Shown here in pieces: positions 48,848 to 58,680 of a DNA stretch of 64,000 nucleotides (the first letter of the stretch is position 1; every line of letters starts with the position of its first letter). Origin of the DNA: Bacilli bacterium (GTDB lineage: Bacteria > Bacillota_I > Bacilli_A > RFN20 > CAG-826); the NCBI GenBank assembly GCA_035326105.1, contig DAOKYO010000001.1:738115-802114 (forward strand). Reading direction: 5' to 3'. Made by a program: the position numbers and the translations under genes. Below the pieces are notes generated by a model. That model saw only the letters and a program-made list of their open reading frames with translations, had not been told where the DNA came from and did not search any database.

Positions 48848-50674
48848 ATGAGCAAGATAATAGTCATGGATAATAGCCTTGCTAACCAAATCGCCGCCGG
48901 TGAAGTGGTTGAACGGCCAAGTAGTGTAATAAAAGAACTAGTTGAAAATAGTATCGATGCGCGGGCAAAAAACATCTCGGTCGCGATTGAAAATGCCGGA
49001 CGAACTTTAATTATGGTTGAAGATGACGGCGAGGGAATGGAGCGAGAAGACGCCCTTTTATCGTTGAAACGCCACGCCACGAGTAAAATTCACTCGGCTT
49101 TTGATTTGTTTAGAATTAAAACGCTTGGTTTTCGCGGGGAAGCCCTTCCTTCTATCGCCTCGGTTTCAAAATTCTCTTTGACTACTTCGACCGGAGCGGG
49201 TGTGGGCACGCATATATTGGCTGTAGAAGATGAGATGAAAGTAGAAGATGCCAGTTTGCGAAAAGGAACGACAATCGTTGTTGAGGAATTGTTTTATAAT
49301 ACGCCTGCGCGCTTGAAATATCTTAAAAAGGATTATACCGAAAACGCTTCTTCCCTTGAAGTGATGCAGCGCTTGGCGCTTGCCCATCCGGATATTAGTT
49401 TTCATTTTGCCGTTGATGGGCGGGAAAGTTTCGTTACCACCGGTCGCGGAGATCTTTTGGAAACGGTGATGACCCTGTATGGTCCGTTCGTGGCTAAACG
49501 GATGTTGGCATTTAATATGGCTAACAATGATTTTAGTGTCGGAGGATATTTAGGAACAGCAGAATTGGCAAAAAGCAGTCGTTACTACATTATTACGCTT
49601 CTTAACGGTCGTAATGTGTTTATGCCCAAAGTAAATGCGGCGATTATCGACGGCTATCATGATTTTATTCCTCCGAGTCGTTATCCGTTTGTAATCTTAA
49701 ATTTAAAAATTGACCCGGCACTCGTGGATGTAAATGTCCACCCGAGTAAACGGGAAGTCCGGTTTTCAAAAGAAGACGAGCTTATTTCCGATCTTCGTCA
49801 GGCGATACCTCACCAGCTTCACCAGGCGAATTTAGCCTATGATTATCAAAACAAAGATCAGCCTTTGATTGCTAATCCACTATCGGAGGGTGGGCACGAA
49901 ATTACTGAACAGTTAGAGTTAAAACTTTCCGACCCTGGCCGCGAAGATGATTCGGTGCCGGCTGCGGCTCCCGTTTTTAGTCCAAAACGGGAAGAGATTG
50001 ATAGGCAAAGTGATAATAGCAGCGTGACATCGATGGCAAATCCGGCTAGCGAAGAACCACCACTGAAGGAAAAGGAAAACGCAAAACCGCGTTTTAGTTT
50101 TCGAGCGCTCGCGCAGATTAACTTAACCTATATCATTGCCGAAGATGATGAGGGTGGGTTTTATCTTGTTGATCAGCACGCGGCGAATGAGCGCATTAAC
50201 TATGAAGCTTTTCGCAATCAAATGATGAAGGAAGTAGTAATGCGCGAGCCACTGGTTCCCTATATTATTGATTTGTCATCGGCTGATGCTTTGCGCCTTT
50301 CCGAAGATAAACTAGAGTTACTGAAGGCGGTCGGAGTGGAGATTATTCCCTTCGGCAGTCATACCTATAAGATAGTTTCCGTCCCGGTTTTTAAAGAACA
50401 ATATGATATTCAAACCTATGTTCAGGCGATGATTGATCAGCTTATTCATGATGATCATCTCGATTTAGCCGGCTTGCGAACCCATGCCTTTGCAACGATG
50501 GCCTGTAAGGCTTCGGTCCGCGCCAACGACCGCCTTGATCTTCAATCCATGCAATATCTTCTCGATCGGTTAAGCCGCTGTGACAACCCGTATGCTTGTC
50601 CACACGGTCGACCGACCATCATCCATTTTTCGCGATATGAAATTGAGAAGATGTTTAAGAGGACGGGAGTATGA
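48848..50674 (+). CDS. mutL: DNA mismatch repair endonuclease MutL
   Basis: GHKL ATPase N-terminus (IAAGEVVERPSSVIKELVENSIDA). C-terminal endonuclease motifs DQHAANERINYE, ACKASVRAN and CPHGRP. Confidence 0.97.
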   Translation: MSKIIVMDNSLANQIAAGEVVERPSSVIKELVENSIDARAKNISVAIENAGRTLIMVEDDGEGMEREDALLSLKRHATSKIHSAFDLFRIKTLGFRGEALPSIASVSKFSLTTSTGAGVGTHILAVEDEMKVEDASLRKGTTIVVEELFYNTPARLKYLKKDYTENASSLEVMQRLALAHPDISFHFAVDGRESFVTTGRGDLLETVMTLYGPFVAKRMLAFNMANNDFSVGGYLGTAELAKSSRYYIITLLNGRNVFMPKVNAAIIDGYHDFIPPSRYPFVILNLKIDPALVDVNVHPSKREVRFSKEDELISDLRQAIPHQLHQANLAYDYQNKDQPLIANPLSEGGHEITEQLELKLSDPGREDDSVPAAAPVFSPKREEIDRQSDNSSVTSMANPASEEPPLKEKENAKPRFSFRALAQINLTYIIAEDDEGGFYLVDQHAANERINYEAFRNQMMKEVVMREPLVPYIIDLSSADALRLSEDKLELLKAVGVEIIPFGSHTYKIVSVPVFKEQYDIQTYVQAMIDQLIHDDHLDLAGLRTHAFATMACKASVRANDRLDLQSMQYLLDRLSRCDNPYACPHGRPTIIHFSRYEIEKMFKRTGV

Positions 50675-51561
50675 TTTATGTCATTGCGGGGCCGACGGGA
50701 TCAGGTAAATCGGCCTTGGCATTAAAACTGGCGGAGGAGATTAACGGCGTGATCGTCAACGGCGACGCTTTTCAAGTTTATAAAGAAATGGATATCGGAA
50801 CGGCAAAACCATCAAGCGAGCAACGGGAACGAATTCCTCATCGACTTTATGATTTTGTGGATTTAGAAACTGATTACAACGTTTTTCTTTATCAAGCGGC
50901 CGCCCGCAAAATCATTGCCACCGAAAAGCGTCCACTGATTTTTGTCGGTGGAACAGGCCTGTATTTACGGGCAACTTTTTTTGACTACGATTTTAACCCG
51001 CTTCCGCCGGTTGATATGGCTCCGTTTGAAAAATTGAGTGCCGATAATCGCTACCAAGTGCTGCGGGATCTCGATCCGATTACCGCGGCAAAGCTCCATC
51101 CCAATAATGAACGTCGTGTTCTACGGGCAATTGAGATAGCTTTGGCAAGCGGTGAAAATAAAAGTTCTTTGGAAGCCAAACAGGAACATAGACTTCTTTA
51201 CGATGTTGAATTTATCGGTGTTGACTATGATCGCAATCACCTTTATGAACTAATTAATTTACGGGTGGATCGAATGATTGAACAGGGGCTGTTTGCGGAG
51301 GCTGATCAGATATTTAGCCGCCATTCCCCGCTTAAGCATGCCGCCCAAGCCATCGGTTATCATCAAATTCTGCTTGGTCGGGCGGAGAAAAAAAGCGAGG
51401 CTGAGATAGTCGAGGATATAAAAAAAGCCAGTCGGAACTATGCCAAAAGACAGATGACTTTTTTCCGTCATCAATTGCCGATGCATTGGTTTAAGAGTTG
51501 GGACGAGGCCTATAAATATATTATTGAGGAGCGAAACAAGAATGGAATTTATCAAGATTGA
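50671..51561 (+). CDS. miaA: tRNA dimethylallyltransferase MiaA
   Basis: P-loop GPTGSGKS, MDIGTAKP and VGGTGLY. Confidence 0.95.
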   Translation: MIYVIAGPTGSGKSALALKLAEEINGVIVNGDAFQVYKEMDIGTAKPSSEQRERIPHRLYDFVDLETDYNVFLYQAAARKIIATEKRPLIFVGGTGLYLRATFFDYDFNPLPPVDMAPFEKLSADNRYQVLRDLDPITAAKLHPNNERRVLRAIEIALASGENKSSLEAKQEHRLLYDVEFIGVDYDRNHLYELINLRVDRMIEQGLFAEADQIFSRHSPLKHAAQAIGYHQILLGRAEKKSEAEIVEDIKKASRNYAKRQMTFFRHQLPMHWFKSWDEAYKYIIEERNKNGIYQD

Positions 51562-51772
51562 CCTCTTTGATTTGGTGGAGATGAAAAAAGAGCATCCGTG
51601 CCAAACTCGTAGCCGATTATTTCAAGTGGTGCGCGTGGGAGCCGATATTAAGATTCAATGTCAGGGCTGTGGCAACATTATTATGATGCCCCGATTCGAT
51701 TTCAATAAGCGCTTAAAAAAAATTATCAGTCATCACGATGATGTTTTATTTGTAAAAAAAGATAGTAAATAG
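51542..51772 (+). CDS. DUF951-family small zinc-ribbon-like protein
   Basis: Internal ATG gives MEFIKIDLFDLVEMKKEHPC…IKIQCQGCGN…, matching my recollection of DUF951. Overlaps the miaA end by 20 nt. Confidence 0.7.
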   Translation: MEFIKIDLFDLVEMKKEHPCQTRSRLFQVVRVGADIKIQCQGCGNIIMMPRFDFNKRLKKIISHHDDVLFVKKDSK

Positions 51773-51804
51773 AAAACCTCGCTATTTCCATAGTGAGGTT
51801 TTTT
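51773..51804 (+). terminator. Intrinsic terminator
   Basis: aaaacctcgcta-tttcca-tagtgaggtttt followed by a T-run. The run ends 3 nt before the next ATG. Confidence 0.8.
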
Positions 51805-51806
51805 AA

Positions 51807-52493
51807 ATGGATATAAACTTCAATAGTGTAAGTTACTCAATTTTGGATGGTGAAAAGAGACGAATAATTCTAAATCAAATCACATATTGTTTTAAATCTC
51901 CGGGCCTTTATATTATCGTAGGGGCGTCCGGCTCGGGAAAAACGACCATTCTTAATTTACTTTGTCGAATGCTGAAGCCAGAAAGAGGAGCAGTGGAATT
52001 AATCGATCAGGGTCACGTATTAAACTCTGACGGGCATTTTAATCTTGGAAAAGCATTTGCCTTTGTCTATCAAAAAAAATTATTACTCGGCTTTTTAAAT
52101 GTTCGCAATAATCTGTCTTTAGCCTATGAATTGGCGGGATATGCTCCCTTTATAGCAATAAAAAAGAGTCGTGAACTCTTGAAAAAAAACAATTTATTGC
52201 ACTTATGCAACCGCAAGGTGACAACTTTATCGGGAGGAGAGAAAGCCCGTATCTCGTTGTTGAGAAGCGTAGCTTTAGAAACGCCTATTTTATTGGCGGA
52301 CGAGCCGACGGGCGAACTGGATTTAGCCAATGCTCAATCAATTTGTCACCGCCTATATTCGCTTGCCAAAGAAAAACTGGTAATTGTCGTCACGCATAAT
52401 CAAGAACTGTTTTCCGCTTATGACAACGCCACTTTTCTTGGGCTTGAAAGACAAAAACTCCGGACGATAGATAGGCGCGGAGCAAGCGACTGA
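51807..52493 (+). CDS. ABC transporter ATP-binding protein (MacB/LolD-like NBD)
   Basis: Walker A GASGSGKTT, signature LSGGEKARISLLRS, Walker B ILLADEPTGELD and H-loop VVTHN. Confidence 0.9.
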   Translation: MDINFNSVSYSILDGEKRRIILNQITYCFKSPGLYIIVGASGSGKTTILNLLCRMLKPERGAVELIDQGHVLNSDGHFNLGKAFAFVYQKKLLLGFLNVRNNLSLAYELAGYAPFIAIKKSRELLKKNNLLHLCNRKVTTLSGGEKARISLLRSVALETPILLADEPTGELDLANAQSICHRLYSLAKEKLVIVVTHNQELFSAYDNATFLGLERQKLRTIDRRGASD

Positions 52494-53710
52494 TGGGCTC
52501 ATCCCGGCCTATTAGTCTGCCCTATGTCAGCCGTCATCTTTGGGCTACGAAAAAAACGGCTATTTGGGCGACATTGGCAAACTTCGTTGCCCTTTTATTT
52601 GCTCTTTTAGCCGTGGGTATTAAGCAAGGAATGGACTACAATGAGCACAATATTATCTTTGATTATTACGACTATAATAATTTTTACATCAGTCGCTACG
52701 AAGAGGGAAAGTCGCTAAATTCGGGAATGTCGATTAAGAAGATGCGGCGGCCGTCAGTTGAAGAAATGGATCAAATTTATACGCTGTGGCCATATTTTTC
52801 CTATCGTCCGGATTTAAGATACTATACTTCACATTTTCAAATTCTCTATAACGATTCTCCGCTTAATGTTCCGATTGAAATTGTTCATCGATTACCGAAT
52901 CAAAATAGCAATTCCCAATTTGCGATTAACCAGTTTGTAAGCTTGTCAAAGCAAGATAATCAAAACTTTATTTTGATTGATAAAGAAGAGCAAGTTAAAG
53001 TCCCCCTGCCCTTTCCCGATCAGGTGATGGAAAGTGCGTTTTTTCCGCAGCCAGCCGCTTTTTTAGATTATGACTTTTTTTGGAATGAACTGCTTAAGGT
53101 TTATCCTGATCTGAACGAGAAACTTTTTACCTATAACGGAAACGAAGTGGAGACAAATTATGCCTGGCAGGTCACAGTCGAAAAGCAAAATATTCGCTCT
53201 ATGATTGCTTTATTTGCATCTATAGATTTGTTTTTCTTGACCTCAAGGGCGATTAATTCCAAAACCATAATCGAATCCTATCAAGCACTGTTGGCAATTG
53301 GAATAACCCTTTTCCTTATTTTTATTTTTCTCAGTGAAATTGTAATTCTAGTATTCATATCCTTGTTTAGAATGGAGGCAAGTCGTCATGACTTGGCGGA
53401 GTTAATGAGTCTGGGTGTCACCAAAGCAAATCTTGTTTTCTTTCTTTTTGAAGAGAACATCCTTATTGCCGGCCTGAGTATACTCCCCTTATTTTTGCTG
53501 CCGAGTATCTCACAAATTTTATCGCGGCTTTTAAAATATAAAACGGGGCTGAGCAATTTGGTGTATCCGAATGCGTCTTTTGCTTTCTTCATGGGCAGAA
53601 TTCTTCCCTTAGTTATCGGAATTACAATGCTTTTATTACTGGGAATTGGATTTATCAGTCATATCTTTATTAAAAAAATTAATTTATCGCAGGAGCTGAA
53701 AGAAGAATGA
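52493..53710 (+). CDS. FtsX-family permease (1 TM + extracytoplasmic domain + C-terminal 3-TM FtsX bundle)
   Basis: TM near aa 20-45, a ~200-aa hydrophilic region, and C-terminal hydrophobic helices containing …RHDLAELMSLGVTKANL…. ATGA-type overlaps on both sides. Confidence 0.75.
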   Translation: MGSSRPISLPYVSRHLWATKKTAIWATLANFVALLFALLAVGIKQGMDYNEHNIIFDYYDYNNFYISRYEEGKSLNSGMSIKKMRRPSVEEMDQIYTLWPYFSYRPDLRYYTSHFQILYNDSPLNVPIEIVHRLPNQNSNSQFAINQFVSLSKQDNQNFILIDKEEQVKVPLPFPDQVMESAFFPQPAAFLDYDFFWNELLKVYPDLNEKLFTYNGNEVETNYAWQVTVEKQNIRSMIALFASIDLFFLTSRAINSKTIIESYQALLAIGITLFLIFIFLSEIVILVFISLFRMEASRHDLAELMSLGVTKANLVFFLFEENILIAGLSILPLFLLPSISQILSRLLKYKTGLSNLVYPNASFAFFMGRILPLVIGITMLLLLGIGFISHIFIKKINLSQELKEE

Positions 53711-56493
53711 TTGAAATTAAGAATTTAGTTAAATCATATTCTAAGGAAAGTGATATTCTTCGTGTTCCTTACTTTTGTTTTCCCGATAAGGGCTTTGTGG
53801 CAATTGTCGGCGCTTCCGGATCGGGGAAAACCACCTTATTAAATATTCTCGCGGGATTAGATAATGAATATCGAGGTCAAGTAATTATCGATGGGCGCGT
53901 AACAAGTAAGTGTAATCTTGAAAACTGTGTGGCCCTCCGTTTATTTACGGTAGGTTATTTAAAGCAGAGCGATTCTCTCATCGAAAGTCTGACAGTTAAA
54001 GATAACATTACGCTTCCACTTCGATATGGATACCAAGTTTCAAAGGAGATGGTTGAAGCCAGAATTAGCACCCTATTATCGTTTGTCGGTTTAAATGATC
54101 AGATAATGATGAAGAAAGTAGGGAAACTAAGCGGTGGAGAGAGGCAAAGAGTGGCCCTTGTACGGGCCTTAATCAATAATCCATCAATCATCCTTTGCGA
54201 TGAGCCAACGGGGGCCTTAAGCGGATGTGAAAAAGAAGCCATTTATGAGTTACTAACGAGGCTGAGTGTGAATAGACTGGTAATAATGGTCACGCACGAT
54301 GAAAAAGGCGCTCAAATATGGTGTCAGGAAGTTATTACTATCGTTAATCATAACTTACAAATAAAAATAAAATCACCGCAAAAAAGTATAGAGGCCGCAT
54401 TTTCCTTGTTAAATATCAAAGCTCGAGTTCAGCCCAAACTTGATAACACAACGATTAATCACTATAACAGGGCATTTGATAAGCATCGCCCGTTTAGAGT
54501 AATGATTGTTCGCTTTATTCTCTCCTTCGCGCTTTTAAGTTTCGGTTTGAGTTTTAGCTTGAGCGATATTCTTTATTCGAAAATAAAGGAAAGCTTAACT
54601 AACTATCTAGGTGAAAATCAAATTGTTGTCAAAAGCCGACAGCCAATCGAATTGGATGATCACGGATATCGGCTGGAGGAGGTAAATAATCTATGCATAA
54701 ATCTCGATAAAGAGATGAAGTCGGGATATGCCTATTATGCAAATTGGGATGTTTTTTTTAAGACGGTCAATCAAGTATCAGTTGGTACGGATGGTTTAAT
54801 ATATTATCTGCCATCGTTTTCCTTCATTAATTTTATCGAGCCGTTGCTTTATTTTGAAATGGAAGATGCGACAATTTACCCCTTGAGCGTGGAACTAAAT
54901 GAGCCGGAGGACATAATACTGGGACTTCCGTTCGTTGATTATGAGACAGTCAAACAAGCTTTAAAATTACCGTTTTTAAGCGATTACTCGTACTTAGGCA
55001 ACTACCTAGTGGCCAATCCCTTGTCGATAATACTTCATTTGGCCAATTCAAACTGGGGATATGAAGATGAGCACATATTTGCCGTTCGAGGTGTCTTTCC
55101 TTCAGATGTGCCCCGCATTGTGGTCAATGAAGTTCAATGGACTCAGCATTTTGTCGAGGAAAAGATGGGTTTTCCCACGTATGAACACCAGGCGAAGTCC
55201 TCAATTAATCCGTGGGAGATTGCATGTCAAAGTTTTGTCTATAGCCAACAAGCGGAAAAGTTTATAGCGCAGGCGCAAAAAGACAGTAATCTAGCTTTTA
55301 CCATTTTCGACAATAGCGCAACGAATACTTTCTTTTCCACTTTGCCGGATAACGTAAGAAAACACCGCATTATTTTATATCGATTGCGTAACAAAGCCTT
55401 TCATCGCAGTGACTTGGATAAAATGGAAAAAATTTTGTCAGCGCGGGGGGTACTTACCAACACGGGAAGTTACTTTGCTGACAGTGGAACTCCTGTTTTT
55501 GGATTTATCGATACTTTTTTAGTCAGTCGAAATGAGAACAGTTTAAGAACTATAATTGATGAACTATCGTATTTACCGGCCCAAAATGATCCAACTGATT
55601 ATCATTTTCCGCAGGAAATAGTAGGCGGATCATTTATTAATACAAGCACAACCAATCTAACGTTTTCCTCCGCTTCCGGTCCCCCTCTTTCAGGTGAATG
55701 GCCCCAGGGTTTGAAAGAAATCGCCCTTTCGCGCTCCTTGGCTGTAAACTTCTTTATGGCGGAGAGTAAAGCTCCAGGACAAACGATTTACTTATCATAT
55801 CCCAGGACACTCACCAAACTTGAAAATGGCTACACACTTCGAAATTATGAAGTAGTCGCGGTAAGAGTAAGTGGTGTTTTTGATCTTTCGGGTAACAAGA
55901 TAATTCATGACTCCGATTGGTCATCCCGTTTCTTTAGCGAACAAATTGGCATGTCGCCTTTATCCTTAATAAGTGACGGAGCAATCATTTCTCTTCCGAT
56001 CAATAAAAAAATAGATACGGTTATCAATCAATTAAAAAGGGCCTTTCCTGATCTGATTGTTTCCTCCCCCAGCAAGGAGTTCTTTATGACGCTGAACTCG
56101 ACGCTAGATGCGGTAAGTTTTGTCCTTTTGATATTTGCTTCCCTATCTGCAATTATTACCGTTATGCTGTTGTTTATCATTAGCGGCATTTCCCGATTAG
56201 AAGAGCAAAAAGAAAGAATGATTCTTGTGCATATCGGAATAAAAAAGACCGAAAGATTAAAAATATATCAGCAAAGAAATTTTCTTTTGATTATTAAATC
56301 TCTATTTCTATCCTGGGGACAATTTATCTTGCTTTCTAACGGAATGACATATTTTTTAGCCCAGTATTTTCATAATCAATTTTACTTTGCCTTTAATCTC
56401 AAAGGTTTTATGGCCATGGCCTTAATTGCTTTTTTACTTTCTATCCTTAGTAACGCTCTACTAACCAACAAAAAAAGCCATCAAAAAGCGTGA
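53707..56493 (+). CDS. Fused ABC ATPase-FtsX permease (MacB architecture) with a ~500-aa extracytoplasmic domain
   Basis: N-terminal NBD (GASGSGKTT, LSGGERQRVALVRA, ILCDEPTGALS, MVTHD). TM near aa 265-290, a long hydrophilic region, then a C-terminal FtsX bundle (…EEQKERMILVHIGIKKTERL…). Confidence 0.85.
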   Translation: MIEIKNLVKSYSKESDILRVPYFCFPDKGFVAIVGASGSGKTTLLNILAGLDNEYRGQVIIDGRVTSKCNLENCVALRLFTVGYLKQSDSLIESLTVKDNITLPLRYGYQVSKEMVEARISTLLSFVGLNDQIMMKKVGKLSGGERQRVALVRALINNPSIILCDEPTGALSGCEKEAIYELLTRLSVNRLVIMVTHDEKGAQIWCQEVITIVNHNLQIKIKSPQKSIEAAFSLLNIKARVQPKLDNTTINHYNRAFDKHRPFRVMIVRFILSFALLSFGLSFSLSDILYSKIKESLTNYLGENQIVVKSRQPIELDDHGYRLEEVNNLCINLDKEMKSGYAYYANWDVFFKTVNQVSVGTDGLIYYLPSFSFINFIEPLLYFEMEDATIYPLSVELNEPEDIILGLPFVDYETVKQALKLPFLSDYSYLGNYLVANPLSIILHLANSNWGYEDEHIFAVRGVFPSDVPRIVVNEVQWTQHFVEEKMGFPTYEHQAKSSINPWEIACQSFVYSQQAEKFIAQAQKDSNLAFTIFDNSATNTFFSTLPDNVRKHRIILYRLRNKAFHRSDLDKMEKILSARGVLTNTGSYFADSGTPVFGFIDTFLVSRNENSLRTIIDELSYLPAQNDPTDYHFPQEIVGGSFINTSTTNLTFSSASGPPLSGEWPQGLKEIALSRSLAVNFFMAESKAPGQTIYLSYPRTLTKLENGYTLRNYEVVAVRVSGVFDLSGNKIIHDSDWSSRFFSEQIGMSPLSLISDGAIISLPINKKIDTVINQLKRAFPDLIVSSPSKEFFMTLNSTLDAVSFVLLIFASLSAIITVMLLFIISGISRLEEQKERMILVHIGIKKTERLKIYQQRNFLLIIKSLFLSWGQFILLSNGMTYFLAQYFHNQFYFAFNLKGFMAMALIAFLLSILSNALLTNKKSHQKA

Positions 56494-56685
56494 ATTAAAC
56501 TTAAAAAACAATATTATCGAGGTAGATGGATTAATTTAATGCGGTTTAATAACTGTTTTTTCTCTTCCGACTATAAAAAAAATAAAAAAAGTAGTAATCA
56601 AATAATAAAAGTGATAATATATGTTCGGTAATAGGTATTCTATTACACATTCTATTCGTAAGGGTTTAGAGGAAAGGTTGGTCCG

Positions 56686-56886
56686 ATGAAAGGTACAGTC
56701 AAGATGTTCAACGCGGAAAAAGGCTACGGCTTCATTCATAGCGAAGATGGCAAAGATGTCTTTTTCCACTATTCATCACTCGTAATGGACGGTTTCAAAA
56801 CCGCCGAAGTTGGTGAACAAGTTGAATTCGATTTAGAACAATCTGATCGCGGCTTAAGAGCTGCTAATATCAAGAAAGTTGCTTAA
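56686..56886 (+). CDS. cspA: Cold-shock protein (CspA family)
   Basis: 66 aa with RNP motifs KGYGFI and VFFHYS. Confidence 0.96.
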   Translation: MKGTVKMFNAEKGYGFIHSEDGKDVFFHYSSLVMDGFKTAEVGEQVEFDLEQSDRGLRAANIKKVA

Positions 56887-56913
56887 TTGAATTAACAAAT
56901 TGCTAGAACAGCG

Positions 56914-56941
56914 AAAGCTACCCGGTTTGGGTAGCTTTTTA
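56914..56941 (+). terminator. Intrinsic terminator of csp
   Basis: agctaccc-ggttt-gggtagct hairpin followed by TTTTT. Confidence 0.85.
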
Positions 56942-57008
56942 AATTGTTTTTTCTTATTTTGACCACTATAATACTATTGCTTGTGTATATAGTTTGGAGG
57001 CAAATATT

Positions 57009-58118
57009 ATGTCATTAAAAGCGGGAATTGTCGGGTTGCCTAACGTTGGTAAATCGACTCTTTTCAATGCGATTACCAACTCGCATGTGGAAGCAGCCAA
57101 TTATCCATTTGCAACTATTAAACCCAACACCGGAATTGTTACCGTTCCCGATGAACGTGTTGATTTCTTAACAAAACTTTTTGAACCAAAACGGACTATT
57201 TTTGCCACGTTTGAGTTTTATGATATTGCCGGCCTTGTCAAGGGTGCCAGTCAAGGTGAAGGATTAGGCAATCAGTTCTTATCGCATATTCGCGAGTGCG
57301 ATGCGATTGTCGAGGTGGTGCGTTGTTTTGATAACCCGGAAATTATCCATGTCGAAAATACAATTGATCCGAAACGTGATATTGAAATAATCAATCTCGA
57401 ACTAGTTATGGCCGATTTAGATACGGTAAATAAACGCTATGCTAAAATCGCTACCAAAGCCCGGGTAGCTAAGGACAAAGAGGCGATTAAAGAGGCGGAA
57501 ATCGATGAGACGTTAATTGCCGCTTTACAAAAAGGAATCCCTGCCCGCGCTGTCGGCAATTTGAGTGACGACCAGCGTGATTTTGTTATCAAAAATTACT
57601 TTCTTTTGACGATGAAACCGATTATCTATGTCGCTAATGTTTCGGAGGAGGATTACGCTAATCCGGACGCCAATAAATACTATCAAGTTGTCAAGACAAT
57701 CGCAGCCGCCGAGAAGGCAGAAGCAATTCCTGTCTCTTGTCAAATTGAAGCCGAACTTAGCGAATTATCCTCTTTGGAGAAACATGAGTATTTAGCTTCG
57801 CTTGGAGCAAAAGAAAGCGGACTTGATAAGGTTGTCAAGGCTTCCTATCGCTTATTGAATCTATCGACTTTCTTCACTGTGGGTAAGGACGAGGTACGGG
57901 CTTGGACTTTCTTAAATGGGATGAGTGCCCCTAATTGTGCGGGAATAATTCATACTGATTTTGAAAGAGGATTCATCAAAGCGGAAGTCTACAGTTATGG
58001 TGACATACACGAACTAGGCAGTGAAATGGCCGTTAAAGAAGCCGGAAAATTAAGAATTGAAGGAAAGGAATATCGGATGAAAGATGGTGATATCGTCTTC
58101 TTCCGGTTTAATGTATAA
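57009..58118 (+). CDS. ychF: Ribosome-binding ATPase YchF
   Basis: GGAGG SD precedes the ATG at 57009. GIVGLPNVGKSTLFNA, TGS-like region and C-terminal DGDIVFFRFNV. Confidence 0.95.
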   Translation: MSLKAGIVGLPNVGKSTLFNAITNSHVEAANYPFATIKPNTGIVTVPDERVDFLTKLFEPKRTIFATFEFYDIAGLVKGASQGEGLGNQFLSHIRECDAIVEVVRCFDNPEIIHVENTIDPKRDIEIINLELVMADLDTVNKRYAKIATKARVAKDKEAIKEAEIDETLIAALQKGIPARAVGNLSDDQRDFVIKNYFLLTMKPIIYVANVSEEDYANPDANKYYQVVKTIAAAEKAEAIPVSCQIEAELSELSSLEKHEYLASLGAKESGLDKVVKASYRLLNLSTFFTVGKDEVRAWTFLNGMSAPNCAGIIHTDFERGFIKAEVYSYGDIHELGSEMAVKEAGKLRIEGKEYRMKDGDIVFFRFNV

Positions 58119-58122
58119 AAAT

Positions 58123-58599
58123 ATGTTTCGCGTGGGGTTTGGAAAAGATATTCATCGTCTCGTGAGCGGAAAGCCTCTAATATTGGGAGGCGTGAAAATA
58201 AACTTTTCCTATGGGCTTGAAGGTCACAGTGATGCGGATGTTGTTTACCACGCACTTACCGACGCGGTTTTAGGCGCTTTGGCCCTCGGTGATATTGGAA
58301 CTCGTTTTCCTAATACGGATATTAAATATAAAAATTGCGATAGCAGTTTGTTTGTTAAAGAGGCTTGCCGACTGATGAAAGAAGCCGATTATAGAATCGG
58401 AAATATCGATATTTTAATCGAAGCAGAGGAGCCGGTTTTACGCCCCTATATCCAGCAAATGCAACTTAATATTGCAAAATTATTCATGACGGATGCGACT
58501 AATGTTAGTTTAAAAGCGGGGACGCGCGAAAAAATGGATGCCGTCGGAAAAAAACAAGCAATTGAAGCAACGGCAGTGGTTTTACTTGAAAAAGAATGA
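58123..58599 (+). CDS. ispF: 2-C-methyl-D-erythritol 2,4-cyclodiphosphate synthase
   Basis: GFGKDIHRL…GHSDADVVYHALTDAVLGA…GDIG. The start is taken at the ATG just after the ychF stop. Confidence 0.9.
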   Translation: MFRVGFGKDIHRLVSGKPLILGGVKINFSYGLEGHSDADVVYHALTDAVLGALALGDIGTRFPNTDIKYKNCDSSLFVKEACRLMKEADYRIGNIDILIEAEEPVLRPYIQQMQLNIAKLFMTDATNVSLKAGTREKMDAVGKKQAIEATAVVLLEKE

Positions 58600-58680
58600 A
58601 TTATTATCGGCTTTGCTTAATAATTATTTGCTTATTCTTTATACTAAAGTATAATAAACTAGAATTCGGCGGAGGAACGC

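Noticed and set aside
58600-58680. Possible T-box leader upstream of argS
   Set aside because: The intergenic region is only ~80 nt. It contains a plausible promoter and SD, but no specifier or T-box motifs and no room for the structure.
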